64,000 nt of DNA from Octopus sinensis. Lineage: Eukaryota. The stretch lies in assembly GCF_006345805.1 (NCBI RefSeq), contig NC_043005.1, forward strand, positions 72,726,001-72,790,000. Direction: 5' to 3'. The position numbers were made by a program, and so were the translations under genes. Under the pieces are notes generated by a model that worked only from the letters and a program-made list of their open reading frames with translations, ran no database searches and was not told where the DNA came from. This document shows positions 1 to 12,072 of the stretch, piece after piece (the stretch's first letter is position 1; each line of letters starts with the position of its first letter).

Positions 1-191
1 TCACCTGCCACGAAGAGAAGGTCACTGTCATTTGTCAACGAGGTAGTTCGCAATAGGGTGTCATAGAATTGGTCATTTTGTCCTTGCGGTAGCCCTGGTT
101 GAGGGGCATATGCCGAGATGATGGTAGCTGTCCTGTGGTGAAGGACTAATCTAATTTTAATTACTCTGTCACTTACTCTGACTACCTCGAT

Positions 192-192
<1 letters not shown>
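1..192 (-). mobile_element. LINE (RTE-type) apurinic endonuclease fragment, truncated by window edge
   Basis: Minus-strand translation [63 protein letters not shown] matches the APE motifs IISAYAPQ and (L)xxGD(FN). Confidence 0.75.
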
Positions 193-224
<32 letters not shown>

Positions 225-492
225 ATATATATATGTATATATATATATGTATATGTATATATATATGTATATATATACATATGTATATATATATATGTAT
301 GTATATATATCATCATCATCATCATCGTCGTTTAACGTCCGTTCTCCATGCTAGCATGGGTTGGACGGTTCGACCGGGGTTCTGGGAAGCCAGAAGGCTG
401 CACCAGGCTCCAGTCTAATTTGGCAATGTTTCTACAGCTGGATGCCCTTCCTAACGCCAACCACTCCGTGAGTGTAGTGGGTGCTTTTTACG

Positions 493-548
<56 letters not shown>

Positions 549-620
549 GTATGTATATATATATGTATGTATATAATATATATATATGTATATATATATA
601 TATGTATATATATATGTATG

Positions 621-658
<38 letters not shown>

Positions 659-818
659 ATATATATATATATATGTATGTATATACATATATATATATGT
701 ATATATGTATATATATAAATGTATATATATATATATATATGTAATATATATATGTATATATATATATATGTTATATGTAATATATATATATGTATATATA
801 TATGTATATATATATATG

Positions 819-865
<47 letters not shown>
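192..865. repeat. Compound (TA)n/(TATG)n microsatellite, interrupted by a LINE-tail fragment at 309-494
   Basis: Seen directly; explains the YIYIYI ORFs. Confidence 0.95.
309..494 (-). mobile_element. Family C: 3' end of RTE-like LINE 3'UTR with (ATG)n tail
   Basis: Reverse complement of the shared ...ggcgttaggaagggcatccagc...ccatgctagcatggagaacggacgttaaacgacgatgatg sequence also at 10.7, 54.1, 56.2 and 58.4 kb. Confidence 0.85.
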
Positions 866-868
<3 letters not shown>

Positions 869-1581
869 CTTCCGGAAGAAAAGTTCTGCAGTAGGTCTCA
901 AGATGAACCGCATGAAAACAAAGTTCATGCGGTCAGACAACGTACCAACAGGTCGAATGGTGATCGGCAGTGATGAAATAGGGGAGGTGAGAGAATATGT
1001 CTACCTGGGACAGGAAGTAAATATGTGCCGGGATATCAAAAAGGAGATCTCACGGAAAGTAAGGGCCAGATGGAAGGCATTCAATGGCATAAGGGATGTG
1101 CTCAAGGGAAGGTTGGACAGGACCACCCACGCCAACCTCATTAACAGTGCAGTTCTGCCTGCAATGTTATATGGTAGTGAAACATTGGCTACCACAAAGA
1201 GAGAAGAGCAAAGACTGATAACGGCTCAAAGAGCCATGGAAAGGTCAATGCTTGGTATCTCATTGAGAGAGCACATAAATAGCAACATCATCAGAAAGAA
1301 GTCCGGCGTGAGAGATGTCATCGCAGAGTATACTCGCAGCAAGTGTAGATGGGCTGGACACGTCGCCCGGCTCACCGATAATTGGTGGACGCACGCAGTT
1401 GTCGAGTAGTACCCGCGTGAGCAGAAAAGACCTCCACGACGGTGGAGTGATGAGTTCAAGAGGACGATTGGGATCACGTGGATGAGAAAGGCACGATCCA
1501 GAGAGGAGTGGACAGTGTGCTGTGACCAGCGGTGTCAAATGGACGCCTAACGGACTGGTCGGTCAAAATGATCAAAGTGAT
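866..1581 (+). mobile_element. 5'-truncated RTE-clade LINE, C-terminal RT/thumb region and 3' end
   Basis: ORF 903-1409 carries VGLKMNxxKTKFM, EYVYLGQ, VLPAMLYGSET and WAGHVAR motifs typical of RTE-1-like ORF C-termini; stop at ~1409. Confidence 0.85.
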
Positions 1582-1642
1582 ATATATATATATATGTTAT
1601 ATGTATATATATATATATATATATATGTATTATATATATTAT

Positions 1643-2992
1643 ATATATAGAAAATAGTAAAAAGTGAAAAAACTACAGAAGGCTTAAATGTTAAAAAATA
1701 TATATTTGCGTCAATATGTGTGAAGAATATTAAAAAATTTTTTGAAGAATATTAAAAAAATTTTTTTCTCTTATAATGACATAATTTAGAAGAAAGACCG
1801 GTTTCGCGTTTAGCTTTTCAAATTTCTTGCGACGTTATGTTTATGTTGAACAGGGTTATCGTTATGTTTATGTTCAAAAGAAGGATATGCACAATAGTGT
1901 CAGAACAAAATACCAGGAACTTTAGACTGCAAGAACTCAAAAACACCCTAATTGACAGACATTACCCAGCTCAACTCATAGAGGATGGGATCAGACGTGC
2001 AACAGAAATCAACTTCAACACAACAACACACCTTCCCCGAAAATACTACCTTACATATCTACATACAACCCCAGAAACAAAGAAGCCTTCACCATCATCA
2101 CCCAGAATTTACCAATACTTCATAAGGACCCCAAATTAAAGGAAATTCTAAACATACACCAAATCATTAAAAGCTACAAACAACCTAAATCACTTAAAAA
2201 GATTCTCACAAAGGCAAAATTGTCTTCTGATATTACGGATGCAAAAGTAAAAAAATGTGATAGATCGAACTGTGCAACATGTCCAAACCTACTAGAAGGA
2301 TCAGAATTCCTCTTTAAAGAGGGACAGAAATTCAAGATCAAATCTAACTTTACTTGTGCCTCTGAAAACATAATTTATGTCATAAAATGCTCGGGCTGCC
2401 ACCAAAACTACATGGGATCCACGGGACTATCACTCAGACGTAGATGCGCACTGCATCGACAACAGATTGCATTCCCAGAATACAGAATGATACCTTTTAG
2501 TGAGCACATTGAGAAATGCACAAAGCAACTACTACCACAATTTTTAATCTTTCCATTTTACCAATGTGCTATCGGATCATCAACACAAATTAGACTAAAC
2601 AAGGAAACATTCTTCATTGAAAAGTACAAGCCCAGACTTAACCATCCCAACATACTGATACAGAGAAATTCACACCAAGGGAAAGGAAAAAATTTTAAGC
2701 GATTATCTCCCTTACACCGGAAGAAATCACTCATTACCTCCCCTTATTTAGAACTCTTTTGAACATAAACATAACGATAACCCTGTTCAACATAAACAAA
2801 ACGTCGCAAGAAATTTGAAAAGCTAAACGCGAAACCGGTCTTTCTTCTAAATTATGTCATTATAAGAGAAAAAAATTTTTTTAATATTCTTCAAAAAATT
2901 TTTTAATAATCTTCAGACATATTGACGCAAATATATATTTTTTAACATTTAAGCCTTCTGTAGTTTTTTCACTTTTTACTAGTTCTATATAT
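1643..2992 (+). mobile_element. Penelope-like element 1: truncated RT thumb/linker plus GIY-YIG endonuclease, flanked by ~240 bp inverted terminal repeats
   Basis: RRICTIVSE..RLQELKNTL..RHYP (1881-2139), a frameshift, then C-x4-C-x2-C and IIYVIKCSGCHQNYMGSTG (2220-2762). Arms 1643-1880 and 2756-2992 are near-perfect reverse complements. Confidence 0.88.
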
Positions 2993-3026
2993 TCAACCAC
3001 GTGCTTCCACAAACCAACTTTCTTAT

Positions 3027-3430
<404 letters not shown>

Positions 3431-3436
3431 TATTGG

Positions 3437-3745
3437 GCCTGGTGCAGGCTTCTGGCTTCTCAGACCCCAGTTGAACCATCCAACCCATGCTAGCATGGAA
3501 AGCGGACGCTAAATGATGATGATGATGATATATATATATATAATATATATATATACACATACACACAGATACACATATATATGGTATTAGGAATGGCATC
3601 CAGCCTTAGAAACCATGCCAAAACAGATAATTGGAGCCTAATGCAGCTCTCCACCTAGTCAGCTCCTGTCAAAGTGTGCAACCCATGCCAGCATGGAAAA
3701 CAGATGTTAAATGAGGATAATGATGATGGTAATGGTGGTGATGAT
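3437..3745 (+). mobile_element. Two short Family C-type tails with (ATG)n ends
   Basis: aaccatccaacccatgctagcatggaaagcggacgctaaatgatg (~3473-3527) and a more diverged copy at ~3585-3745. Confidence 0.7.
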
Positions 3746-3754
3746 ACATATTCC

Positions 3755-3785
<31 letters not shown>

Positions 3786-4318
3786 TGTTGTGTGTGTGTG
3801 TGTGAGGTGATCTTCCGTACAGTTTCTGTCTACTAAATCCACTTACAAGGCATTGGTTGGCCTGGGGCTATAGTAGAAAACATTGGCTCAAGATACTGAG
3901 CCATGGGACTTAACTCAAAAGCACATGATTGCCAAAGAACCTTTTAACCACACAACCATTCTTACTCTTATATCAACAATGAAGATAAGAATTTGTTTCT
4001 TGTATCAGCCATGAAGAACTTGAATACTACACTGCTACCTTAACTAACCAGAGAAACTCTATTCACTCACTTGACCTGGTATAAAGTATAGTCAAATCTG
4101 CCTTAAATAACACCTACTATATGAAAAAAAAAATTTTTTTAAGTGGAGGTAATTCACTTGCTCCTCCCTTCATAATTTTTGGCCTTGTGCTGAAACTAGA
4201 CAGGATTATCTAGATCTAATCTGGTCCTTATTGTGTAAAGCTATGGTCGAAGACATTCTAGTCTGATACCTCCTCCTCCTCTTCCTCCTTCTTTTTCTAT
4301 CTCTCTCTCTCTGTTGTG

Positions 4319-4358
<40 letters not shown>

Positions 4359-4613
4359 GTGTATTTGTGTTAATGTATGTGTGTGATAGATGTAAATAAA
4401 TGTCATAGTCATGCAGTTGGTGTTGATCATTTCCCATCCTCTTTGAAAACATGTCTGGGCCTGGAGAAATATCACCATACTTAAAAACAGACGAAGAGTT
4501 GGCAGCAGGAAGACCATCCAACCATGGAATACCTGTCTCAAGTATTTCAGCTTGATCCACTAAATCATTGGAAAGTGGATGTCAAACTGATGATGATGAT
4601 GATGGTGGTGACG

Positions 4614-4652
<39 letters not shown>

Positions 4653-4722
4653 ATATTCAACGGTGGTGCATCAGCATGGCCGCAGCTCTGAGCTGAAACT
4701 AGAAAAAAAATATGTGTGTATG

Positions 4723-4758
<36 letters not shown>

Positions 4759-4932
4759 TATATATGTTGTTGTTTGTTTTTATGCTTAATTATAATAAAA
4801 AGAATTTTACATTAATCTGAAGGGTTACTCCATACTTTGTAAAAATTGATTTTCTTTAACAGGAATAGCATTGACAGTGACTTTGAAGTTTCAGTCAGTT
4901 GAGCCATCATATATACATACATACATACATAC

Positions 4933-4990
<58 letters not shown>

Positions 4991-5132
4991 CAGGGTAATA
5001 AAGGTTTTAGAAATTTTTACTACCAGTGGCCTAGCATATAGAAAAATTTGTCAACAGACTATATATTATTCATATAAAATACAACGTACATTTAAACACA
5101 TTAAGAGGTATCCATCATAGGTCTCCCTTATG

Positions 5133-5699
5133 CTAGAAGGAACAGCTAAAGTTCAGATCACTAAGTAGGGATTTCCTGGGTATGTAAGAGCCCCTGGAGC
5201 AGACATGATGCTTGCTGTGAATTTTTAAAAAATTCCTGCCAATTTGTGAAAGATACTGTCGAAAATATGTCATCTTGAATTTGAACGCGATTTCCCAAAA
5301 TGGTATGATTTTATCGATTTTTTCTGATGGTAAGGTATTGCATGGAAAACTAATGTCAGAATTAAGTTTCTCAGGGTAACATTAAGCTTTACCATGAGAT
5401 TGGTGAAAATCGATTGCAAGTTGCGAAAACTACAACAGAAAATGTGTTGCAAATAAAAAGCTTAGATTCTCGACCCCATGTCGAATTTATCGATTTTTTT
5501 CAGAACTGGGGAGACTTTTCAAAATTTTCGCTGTGTTAGTTTTGAATTATGACATTGGGCTATGTGTGTGTCAAGTTTCATCAGAATCAGTTGAAAGCCA
5601 TGGTTAGGGTGAGCGTACAACCTGACAGACACACAGACAGACAAACTGCCGTTTATATATAGAGAGATTAGTGGTTTGGACTTTAGCTGTTCCTTCCAG
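5133..5699. mobile_element. Non-autonomous DNA element with ~30 bp terminal inverted repeats and a Helitron-like end
   Basis: gaaggaacagctaaagttcagatcactaa (5136-5164) versus ttagtggtttggactttagctgttccttc (5668-5696); inner right end gacagacagacaaactgccgtttatatatagagagat resembles the Helitron terminus at 6.75 kb. Confidence 0.5.
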
Positions 5700-6024
5700 T
5701 GTAAGAAAAGAAAGAGGCACAAAACTAACCTTTGCAAGATTCAGATTCAGGATGTGCAACACTCAACATAAATACCTGACTATCTATATTTTCAAGGTGG
5801 AACTTTAAAAAAAAGCTGTAAGTTCACTGGTGCAGAAACACGAACTACCTTACAAGTAAAACCAGTATAGAAGTTTTTTGAAGAGAAGCATATAATATCA
5901 ATAAGATAAAGGATGAATGTAGTACAATAATGATTTCAAATTTTGGCAGAAGGCCAGAAAGTTTGGGTAAGAGTATAAGTCAATTGTAGGGATCCTGGTG
6001 TTCAACTTGTACTTATTTAATCGA

Positions 6025-6230
6025 CCTGATGTTTGTCCTCATCTTGTTTGTTGTTAACACAACGTTTCGGCGGATATACCCTCCAGCCTTTATCAGGTGT
6101 CTTCAGGAAATTTTGAACCTGGGTTCTCGTTCCTAAGGTATTTTTTTATGTTGTTATTATTATTATTAAGGTCACTGCCTGGAATCGAACTCAGTCTTGG
6201 GGTTAGTAGCCTGCGCTCTTAACCACGAGA
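6025..6230 (-). mobile_element. tRNA-headed short element with hammerhead-like motif, copy 1
   Basis: Minus strand has A-box-like GTGGTTAAGAGCGC, B-box GTTCGATTCC and downstream acacCTGATAAaggctg..ccgccGAAAcgtt-gtgt. Confidence 0.7.
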
Positions 6231-6481
6231 GCATTAGATTCCTTCATAGAGAAATGTAAAGCTAACCTCAGTGGAATCTGAACACAGAACGTAAGGATGA
6301 GTGAAATGCTGCTAAGCATTTTGGCTAGCATGTATTCATAATGTATGTAGTGTATTAGTGTGTGAATGTGTGCAATTAATTATCTCCCTTTGATATTTCA
6401 TTATGTGTGAGATAAATCCACCCTCCAGTTTAACATGAAGCCCCCATTTTCAAGAGCTGATTAATGTTAGAATATATATAA

Positions 6482-6777
6482 CTAGCAGTATCGCCCGACG
6501 TTGCTCGGGTTTGTAAGGGAAATAACTATATAAGCATTTTTAGAGAGTTACTTCCCTTATATAATAGCAAAAAGGCATTAAAAATGGGAAAAAATGATGG
6601 TAAATTTTTTTTAAATTGTAGACTCAACGTAGACGCATGCTAATACCCAGAAGGGCTCGATATGAATCACGACTATAAGATACCCGCTTTTGGTTAAACT
6701 TCATCGCAAACTGTGGGAGTAGTTAGGAATCTAAATCGTAGGAGACAGACACACAACTTCACTTTTATATATAAAGA
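6482..6777 (-). mobile_element. Non-autonomous Helitron
   Basis: Minus strand begins A|TC (tctttatatataaaagtg) and ends CTAG|T, with a subterminal hairpin acccgagcaacgtcgggcg just upstream; A/T insertion site. Confidence 0.8.
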
Positions 6778-7521
6778 TACTAACAGAAGTCTCATGCTGG
6801 CCACAGAAAGTTGTGCAGTCTTTTCTTCGTTTTAGTACAATTACACATTTAATTGAACAAATTAAAGATTTCTGCAATGATCAAACATTGAAACTAAGCT
6901 CCATTAGCCTCTGTGCTTCCTCACTAAGGATTTACCTTACATATCACTCACGTCCACCCAGCTATCTGCTTCCTTGCTTAATCCACACAACATTCTATTC
7001 AACCCTGATGGCCCTAACCCATCTTAATTTAATTTAATCTAATTATAATTTATTGCTTGTCCCTTCTCTCCTCCTCATGTCACTATGTAAAACCCACCTA
7101 AGTCATCTACCTGTCTCCATTACTGCTTTGACTCTGACATTGTCTCAATGGATATCTATCTACCTATTCCATTCTATCCTATCTACTCTGTCTCATGAAA
7201 GTTTGCTTGTAGCCTGGGTTGTAGTGTTCTGTTTTGAAAAACCACTGCATGGCTTTCCTTTTCCGATGGTTCCTTTTTGGTGTTGTGCTCACACTTACCT
7301 ACCCCACTACCACTTTCACCACCTATACAGAAAACCTCACCTGTACTGGTAACCTCTAACAGCAACCCTTTTCCCACCCTTTCGTCAGTAGTGGCACCCA
7401 CTTCGCTGCAACTTGTTACTCTGCCCCAAAGAAAAAAAATTGAATGTGATTATGCAGTACTTAGCTTTATTGCTTTGTTAATTAATCAGCCAGTAACTTA
7501 TATATAACTAATTACCCTTAA

Positions 7522-7781
7522 TACAGTTCTATATTTAAGAGATGAGGGATTATTTACATTATTTACATTTGACTGATATTTGTCCTCATTTTGTTTGTTG
7601 TTAACACAACGTTTTGGCTGATATACCCTCCAGCCTTCATCAGGTGTCTTCAGGAAATTTTGAACCTGGGTTCTCATTCCTAAGGTATTTTTTTGATGTT
7701 GTTATTATTATTATTAAGGTCACTGCCTGGAATCGAACTCAGAATCTTGGGGTTAGTAGCCTGCGCTCTTAACCACCAGAG
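7522..7781 (-). mobile_element. tRNA-headed short element with hammerhead-like motif, copy 2
   Basis: Same organisation as 6025-6230; B-box at 7729-7738 (minus); hammerhead 7604-7647 with intact CTGATGA. Confidence 0.75.
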
Positions 7782-7953
7782 CATTAGATTCCTTCATAGA
7801 GAAAAATATCATGATAATAATGAGTTCAGGGCTAATACAGTAAATATAATGAATAAGAATAAATATAAAAATAAAACTAAAAATAAAAAAAACTAAATAG
7901 TAGGAATAATAATGATGATGGTAACAGTATGATAACAAACATACATACATACA

Positions 7954-7992
<39 letters not shown>

Positions 7993-8733
7993 TATATATA
8001 TATAATATATATATATATATATAGTTAATCCAAACATGAAAACACAAAGAGAAAACCCAACAATGCGAGGATGTGGAACAAGTATAGCATTATTGGATGC
8101 TCAGGAAAGAAGGAAAGAAGGAAAGAAGGAGGGTAGGCTTCTTTCAATTTCCATTCACCAAATCCACTCACACAGCTTTGGTTGGCCCAAGGCTATAGTA
8201 AAAGACACTTGCCCAAGGTGCCATGAAGTGGGACTGAACCTGGAACCATGTGGTTGGTATGCAAGCTACTAACCATACAGCCACTCCTGTTAAATAATGA
8301 TGAGGATAATGATGAGGAGGATGAGGATGAACATGAAAATTATGATGATACATGCATACATGTGATTAACCGTTCATCTGTATGTCTACACATTTGTCTT
8401 AGTGAAAACAATGTATTTTACCAATAAAATGTTTCAATTATATTGTGAAACATTTTTCTAACAATAACTACAGTGGCAACAATAACTACAGTGGCAACAA
8501 TAACTCAAGTTCATTTTTATATCCTAGAATCCAGAAACATGAAAACTGCTGTTGATTTTTTTATATCAAAACAGATAAGTCATTTTCAGCTATTCATGAA
8601 ATGGAGACAGTTCACAAATGATATTAAAGTTTACACTAAAACTCACTCAGAAATGAATATTCACAGAAAAAAAGAAAGGATAAAAACGTGATTTTAATCA
8701 TTATTTTGTCTTTGAGGCAAAACATGCACTTAC

Positions 8734-8779
8734 ATAGACACATAGGTAAATAGGTATTGAAGCAGTCTTTCTTCTCTAA
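8734..8779 (-). CDS. Candidate 46-nt internal exon of an unidentified gene
   Basis: Strong acceptor gttatttcttttacag and donor gtaagt; two open frames (xREERLLQYLFTYVS or LEKKDCFNTYLPMCL). No partner exons identified. Confidence 0.3.
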
Positions 8780-9454
8780 CTGTAAAAGAAATAACTCTAG
8801 TTTTGTTTTTAACTGATTAGTTAATACTGCCGCTCTTCTAGCACTAATTAGGAATCTATTTAAAAATTACTTCAAAATTTGCTAATAGCAACAATATCGT
8901 ATTGGTTCCTTTATGATACCTACACAGAATTCTGTTACCCACTTTCATTCCACAATAGTTTCAATTTCTTGGAAAACGGTTTCCATTTTTGGCCTGGAAA
9001 CCACTTACTTCAACTTTTATGAACCTTTTGAAATGAAGAAATATATATATTAAATATATATACTTATGTATATGTGTGTGTGTATGTGTGCGTGTGTCTG
9101 TGTGTGTATACGTGTGTGTGTGTTTGTGTGTGTATTCTTTTATTCTTTTACTTATTTCAGTCATTTGACACCAACCATGCTGGAGCACTGCCTTCATATA
9201 TACATGTATATATATACATGTATATATATACATACATATACATACATATGTAAGTATGTATGTATGTATGTATGCATGTATGTATATATATATATATATA
9301 TATATATGCATGCATACATACATACATACATACTTACAATGTATGTATATGTATGTATATATATACATGTATATATGAACGCAGTGCTCCAGCATGGTTG
9401 GTGTCAAATGACTGCAATAAGTAAAAGAAAAGAATACACACACACACACATATG

Positions 9455-9516
<62 letters not shown>

Positions 9517-9540
9517 TATATACATATACATAACATAGGC

Positions 9541-9950
9541 ATAGGAGTGGATGTGTGGTAAGTAGCTTGCTTACCAACCACATGGTTCCGGGTTCAGTCC
9601 CACTGCGTGGCACCTTGGGCAAGTATCTTCTACTATAGCCTCAGGCTGACTAAAGCCTTGTGAATGGATTTGGTAGATGGAAACTGAAAGAAGCCCATCG
9701 TATATATGCATATATATATGTGTGTGTATGTGTGTGTATATGTTTGTGTGTCTGTGTTTGTCCCCCCAACATCACTTGACAACCGAAGCTGGTGTGTTTA
9801 TGTCTTCATAACTTAGTGGTTCAGCAAAAGAGACCGATAAAATAAGTACTAGGCTTACAAAGAATAAGTCCTGGGGTCGATTTGCTTGACTAAAGACGGT
9901 GCTCCAGCATGACAATAGTCAAATGACTGAGATAAGTAAAATAGTATAAG
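9541..9950 (+). mobile_element. SINE family A (tRNA-like head, internal TA/TG tract, CR1-like tail), full length
   Basis: Head taggagtgg..gtgtggtaagtagcttgc..gggttcagtcccactgcg; tail gcggtgctccagcatg..gtcaaatgactga..gtaaaa; many copies in the window. Confidence 0.9.
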
Positions 9951-10040
9951 AAAATAATTAAATAGTAAATATATATATGTATGTATATACAGAGTGAGTG
10001 AGATGGACAGACAGACTGACAGACAGACAGACAGAAAGAC

Positions 10041-10129
<89 letters not shown>

Positions 10130-10330
10130 CTGGGTTGTGTTGTGTTCTTGAGCAAGATACTTTATTTCACGTTGCTCCAGTTCACTCAGTTATAGAATTG
10201 AGTTGTAATGTCACTGGTGTGGAGAGGGGAACCTGGTATGTATGGGTGACTGCTACTCTTCCTAAACAACATTGCCTGGACTTGCCTTGGAGGGTAACTT
10301 TCTAGCAGCAATTCCATGATCATTTATGAC
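10130..10330 (+). mobile_element. SINE family E fragment
   Basis: cttgagcaagatactttatttcacgttgctccagttcactcag; reverse complement of 16200-16475 and related to 35030-35320. Confidence 0.65.
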
Positions 10331-10659
10331 CAAAGGGAGCCTTGTAAAATATATATATGTATATGTATATGTGTGTGTGTGTATTACTAATTGTTACTTA
10401 ATTACTTGACTCCTGGACACCCATTCATATTCAAACCTGAGTCATGAGAGGTCCAACATGACTCTTATGAAGAAAGTATCTTGGCAATTGCTTGTCGTTC
10501 ATTGTCTTTTGGACTGATTTATTTTATTCAATTATGGAATTTCAACATATACAAAATGGTTATATATGTATGCCAACCACAATTTTTAGGTATAAATTAC
10601 TGTTCATATTTATATGTGTATATATTAAAAGCTCAAACCGATTGTGGCCGATGCTGGAC

Positions 10660-10868
10660 CCCACCCCTGGCACCTGTGCAGGTGGGACGTAAAAAGCACC
10701 CACTACACTCGTGGAGTGGTTGGCGTTAGGAAGGGCATCCAGCCGTAGAAACTCTGCCAGATCAGACTGGAGCCTGGAGCAGCCCCTGGCTTCCCAGACC
10801 CCGGTTGAACCATCCAACCAATGCTAGCGCGGAAAACGAACGTTAAACGATGATGATGATGATGATGA
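10660..10868 (+). mobile_element. Family C LINE-tail copy
   Basis: tggcacctgtgcaggtgggacgtaaaaagcacccactacac...gttaaacgatgatgatg. Confidence 0.85.
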
Positions 10869-11279
10869 TATATATACATATATATATTTTACAAGAGGGG
10901 AAATGAAATGTTAGAGCATAAAATACATGCATATACACTCATTCACACATTACTGTTTAATCTTTAAAACTTAGTACGCTAATATAATTAACTGTGTGTA
11001 AAATGAAATGACTTCCGTAACTGTATGTTTGCGAAAAACACTGAAGAGCTTCATGAAAAAATAAGAGTTGCTCCCCTTGACATATTGCTTCATCTCTGTT
11101 CTCTTTTTTTCTAAGATGGTGTACTATTGACAGCAAAAAAATTTCTTTATATAAGTTGACAATAGCTTGATCATGAAACCGGTATTTATTTAATTTGTAA
11201 TGATGTAATGTGGCTTGTTACCAACTTAATGTAGCAGTCTCAGGGGAGGGGAAAATGTTACTGTTGGGGCTAAATAACA

Positions 11280-12018
11280 TTCGCTATTAAATTACTATTA
11301 AATTCTATAACAATAATAGATATATTAATAATAATATTAAAGATAATAACTTAAATGACCCCGACAATATATATATATATATAGATAAAAGTAGAAATAG
11401 CAATAAAAATATGAATATAAAGAAGAATAAAAATAATATTAATAAAAATTTCAATAATTTTTATAGAGAAAAATATCATTATAATAATGAGTTCAGGGAT
11501 AATACAATAAATATAATGAATAAGAATAAATATAAAAATAAAAATAAAAATAAAAACCAAATAGTAGGAATAATAGTGATGATGGTAACAGTAATGATCA
11601 CAAACATTATAGTATAAATAGCATACGCATAAAAAAGAATATTAATAATGGGGGAAAATATCTAGTTGATTGTTCCAATGGCACCCAGGTTAAAAACAAC
11701 ATTATAAAAGAAATCACAAAAATAATAGAATCCTTTATTATAGATAATAAAAAATATAATAACATCTTTTCTAAAAATAATATAGAAATAGGGTATTTGA
11801 CTACTAGTAACGTAGGTAATATTATCTCATCTATAATAAATACAAGCTGAATAAATATTATTTTAATACACTAAATAATAACGATAATAATTCAATAAAT
11901 TGTACATGTAGATTTAAAAATAATTGCATATTTAATAATAAATGTAACTTGAGTGAAGTAGTATATAAATGTGTGGTAACCCTAAATGTAGATAGTATTG
12001 GTAGTGATAATATTGATG

Positions 12019-12072
<54 letters not shown>

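Noticed and set aside
191-940. Long Tyr/Ile-rich ORFs here and at 3.0, 9.0, 25.4, 46.8, 54.4 and 60.1 kb
   Set aside because: Translations of (TA)n/(TG)n microsatellites lacking stop codons; not genes.
4297-4560. Protein-looking minus-strand ORF (DQAEILETGIPWLDGLPAA..)
   Set aside because: The plus strand is a diverged (ATG)n-tailed repeat end, so the ORF is its antisense by-product.
4863-4893. Possible 31-nt plus-strand micro-exon (NSIDSDFEVS)
   Set aside because: Acceptor is good but the donor is only moderate and there is no supporting exon; compatible with chance.
6170-6230. tRNA-like sequences here, at 7719-7781 and in SINE A/B heads
   Set aside because: No complete cloverleaf, and embedded in multi-copy elements; treated as SINE heads, not tRNA genes.
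11035-11190. ctgaaga..gaaa and gaaaccggta hammerhead-like pieces
   Set aside because: Stems I and II could not be paired convincingly.
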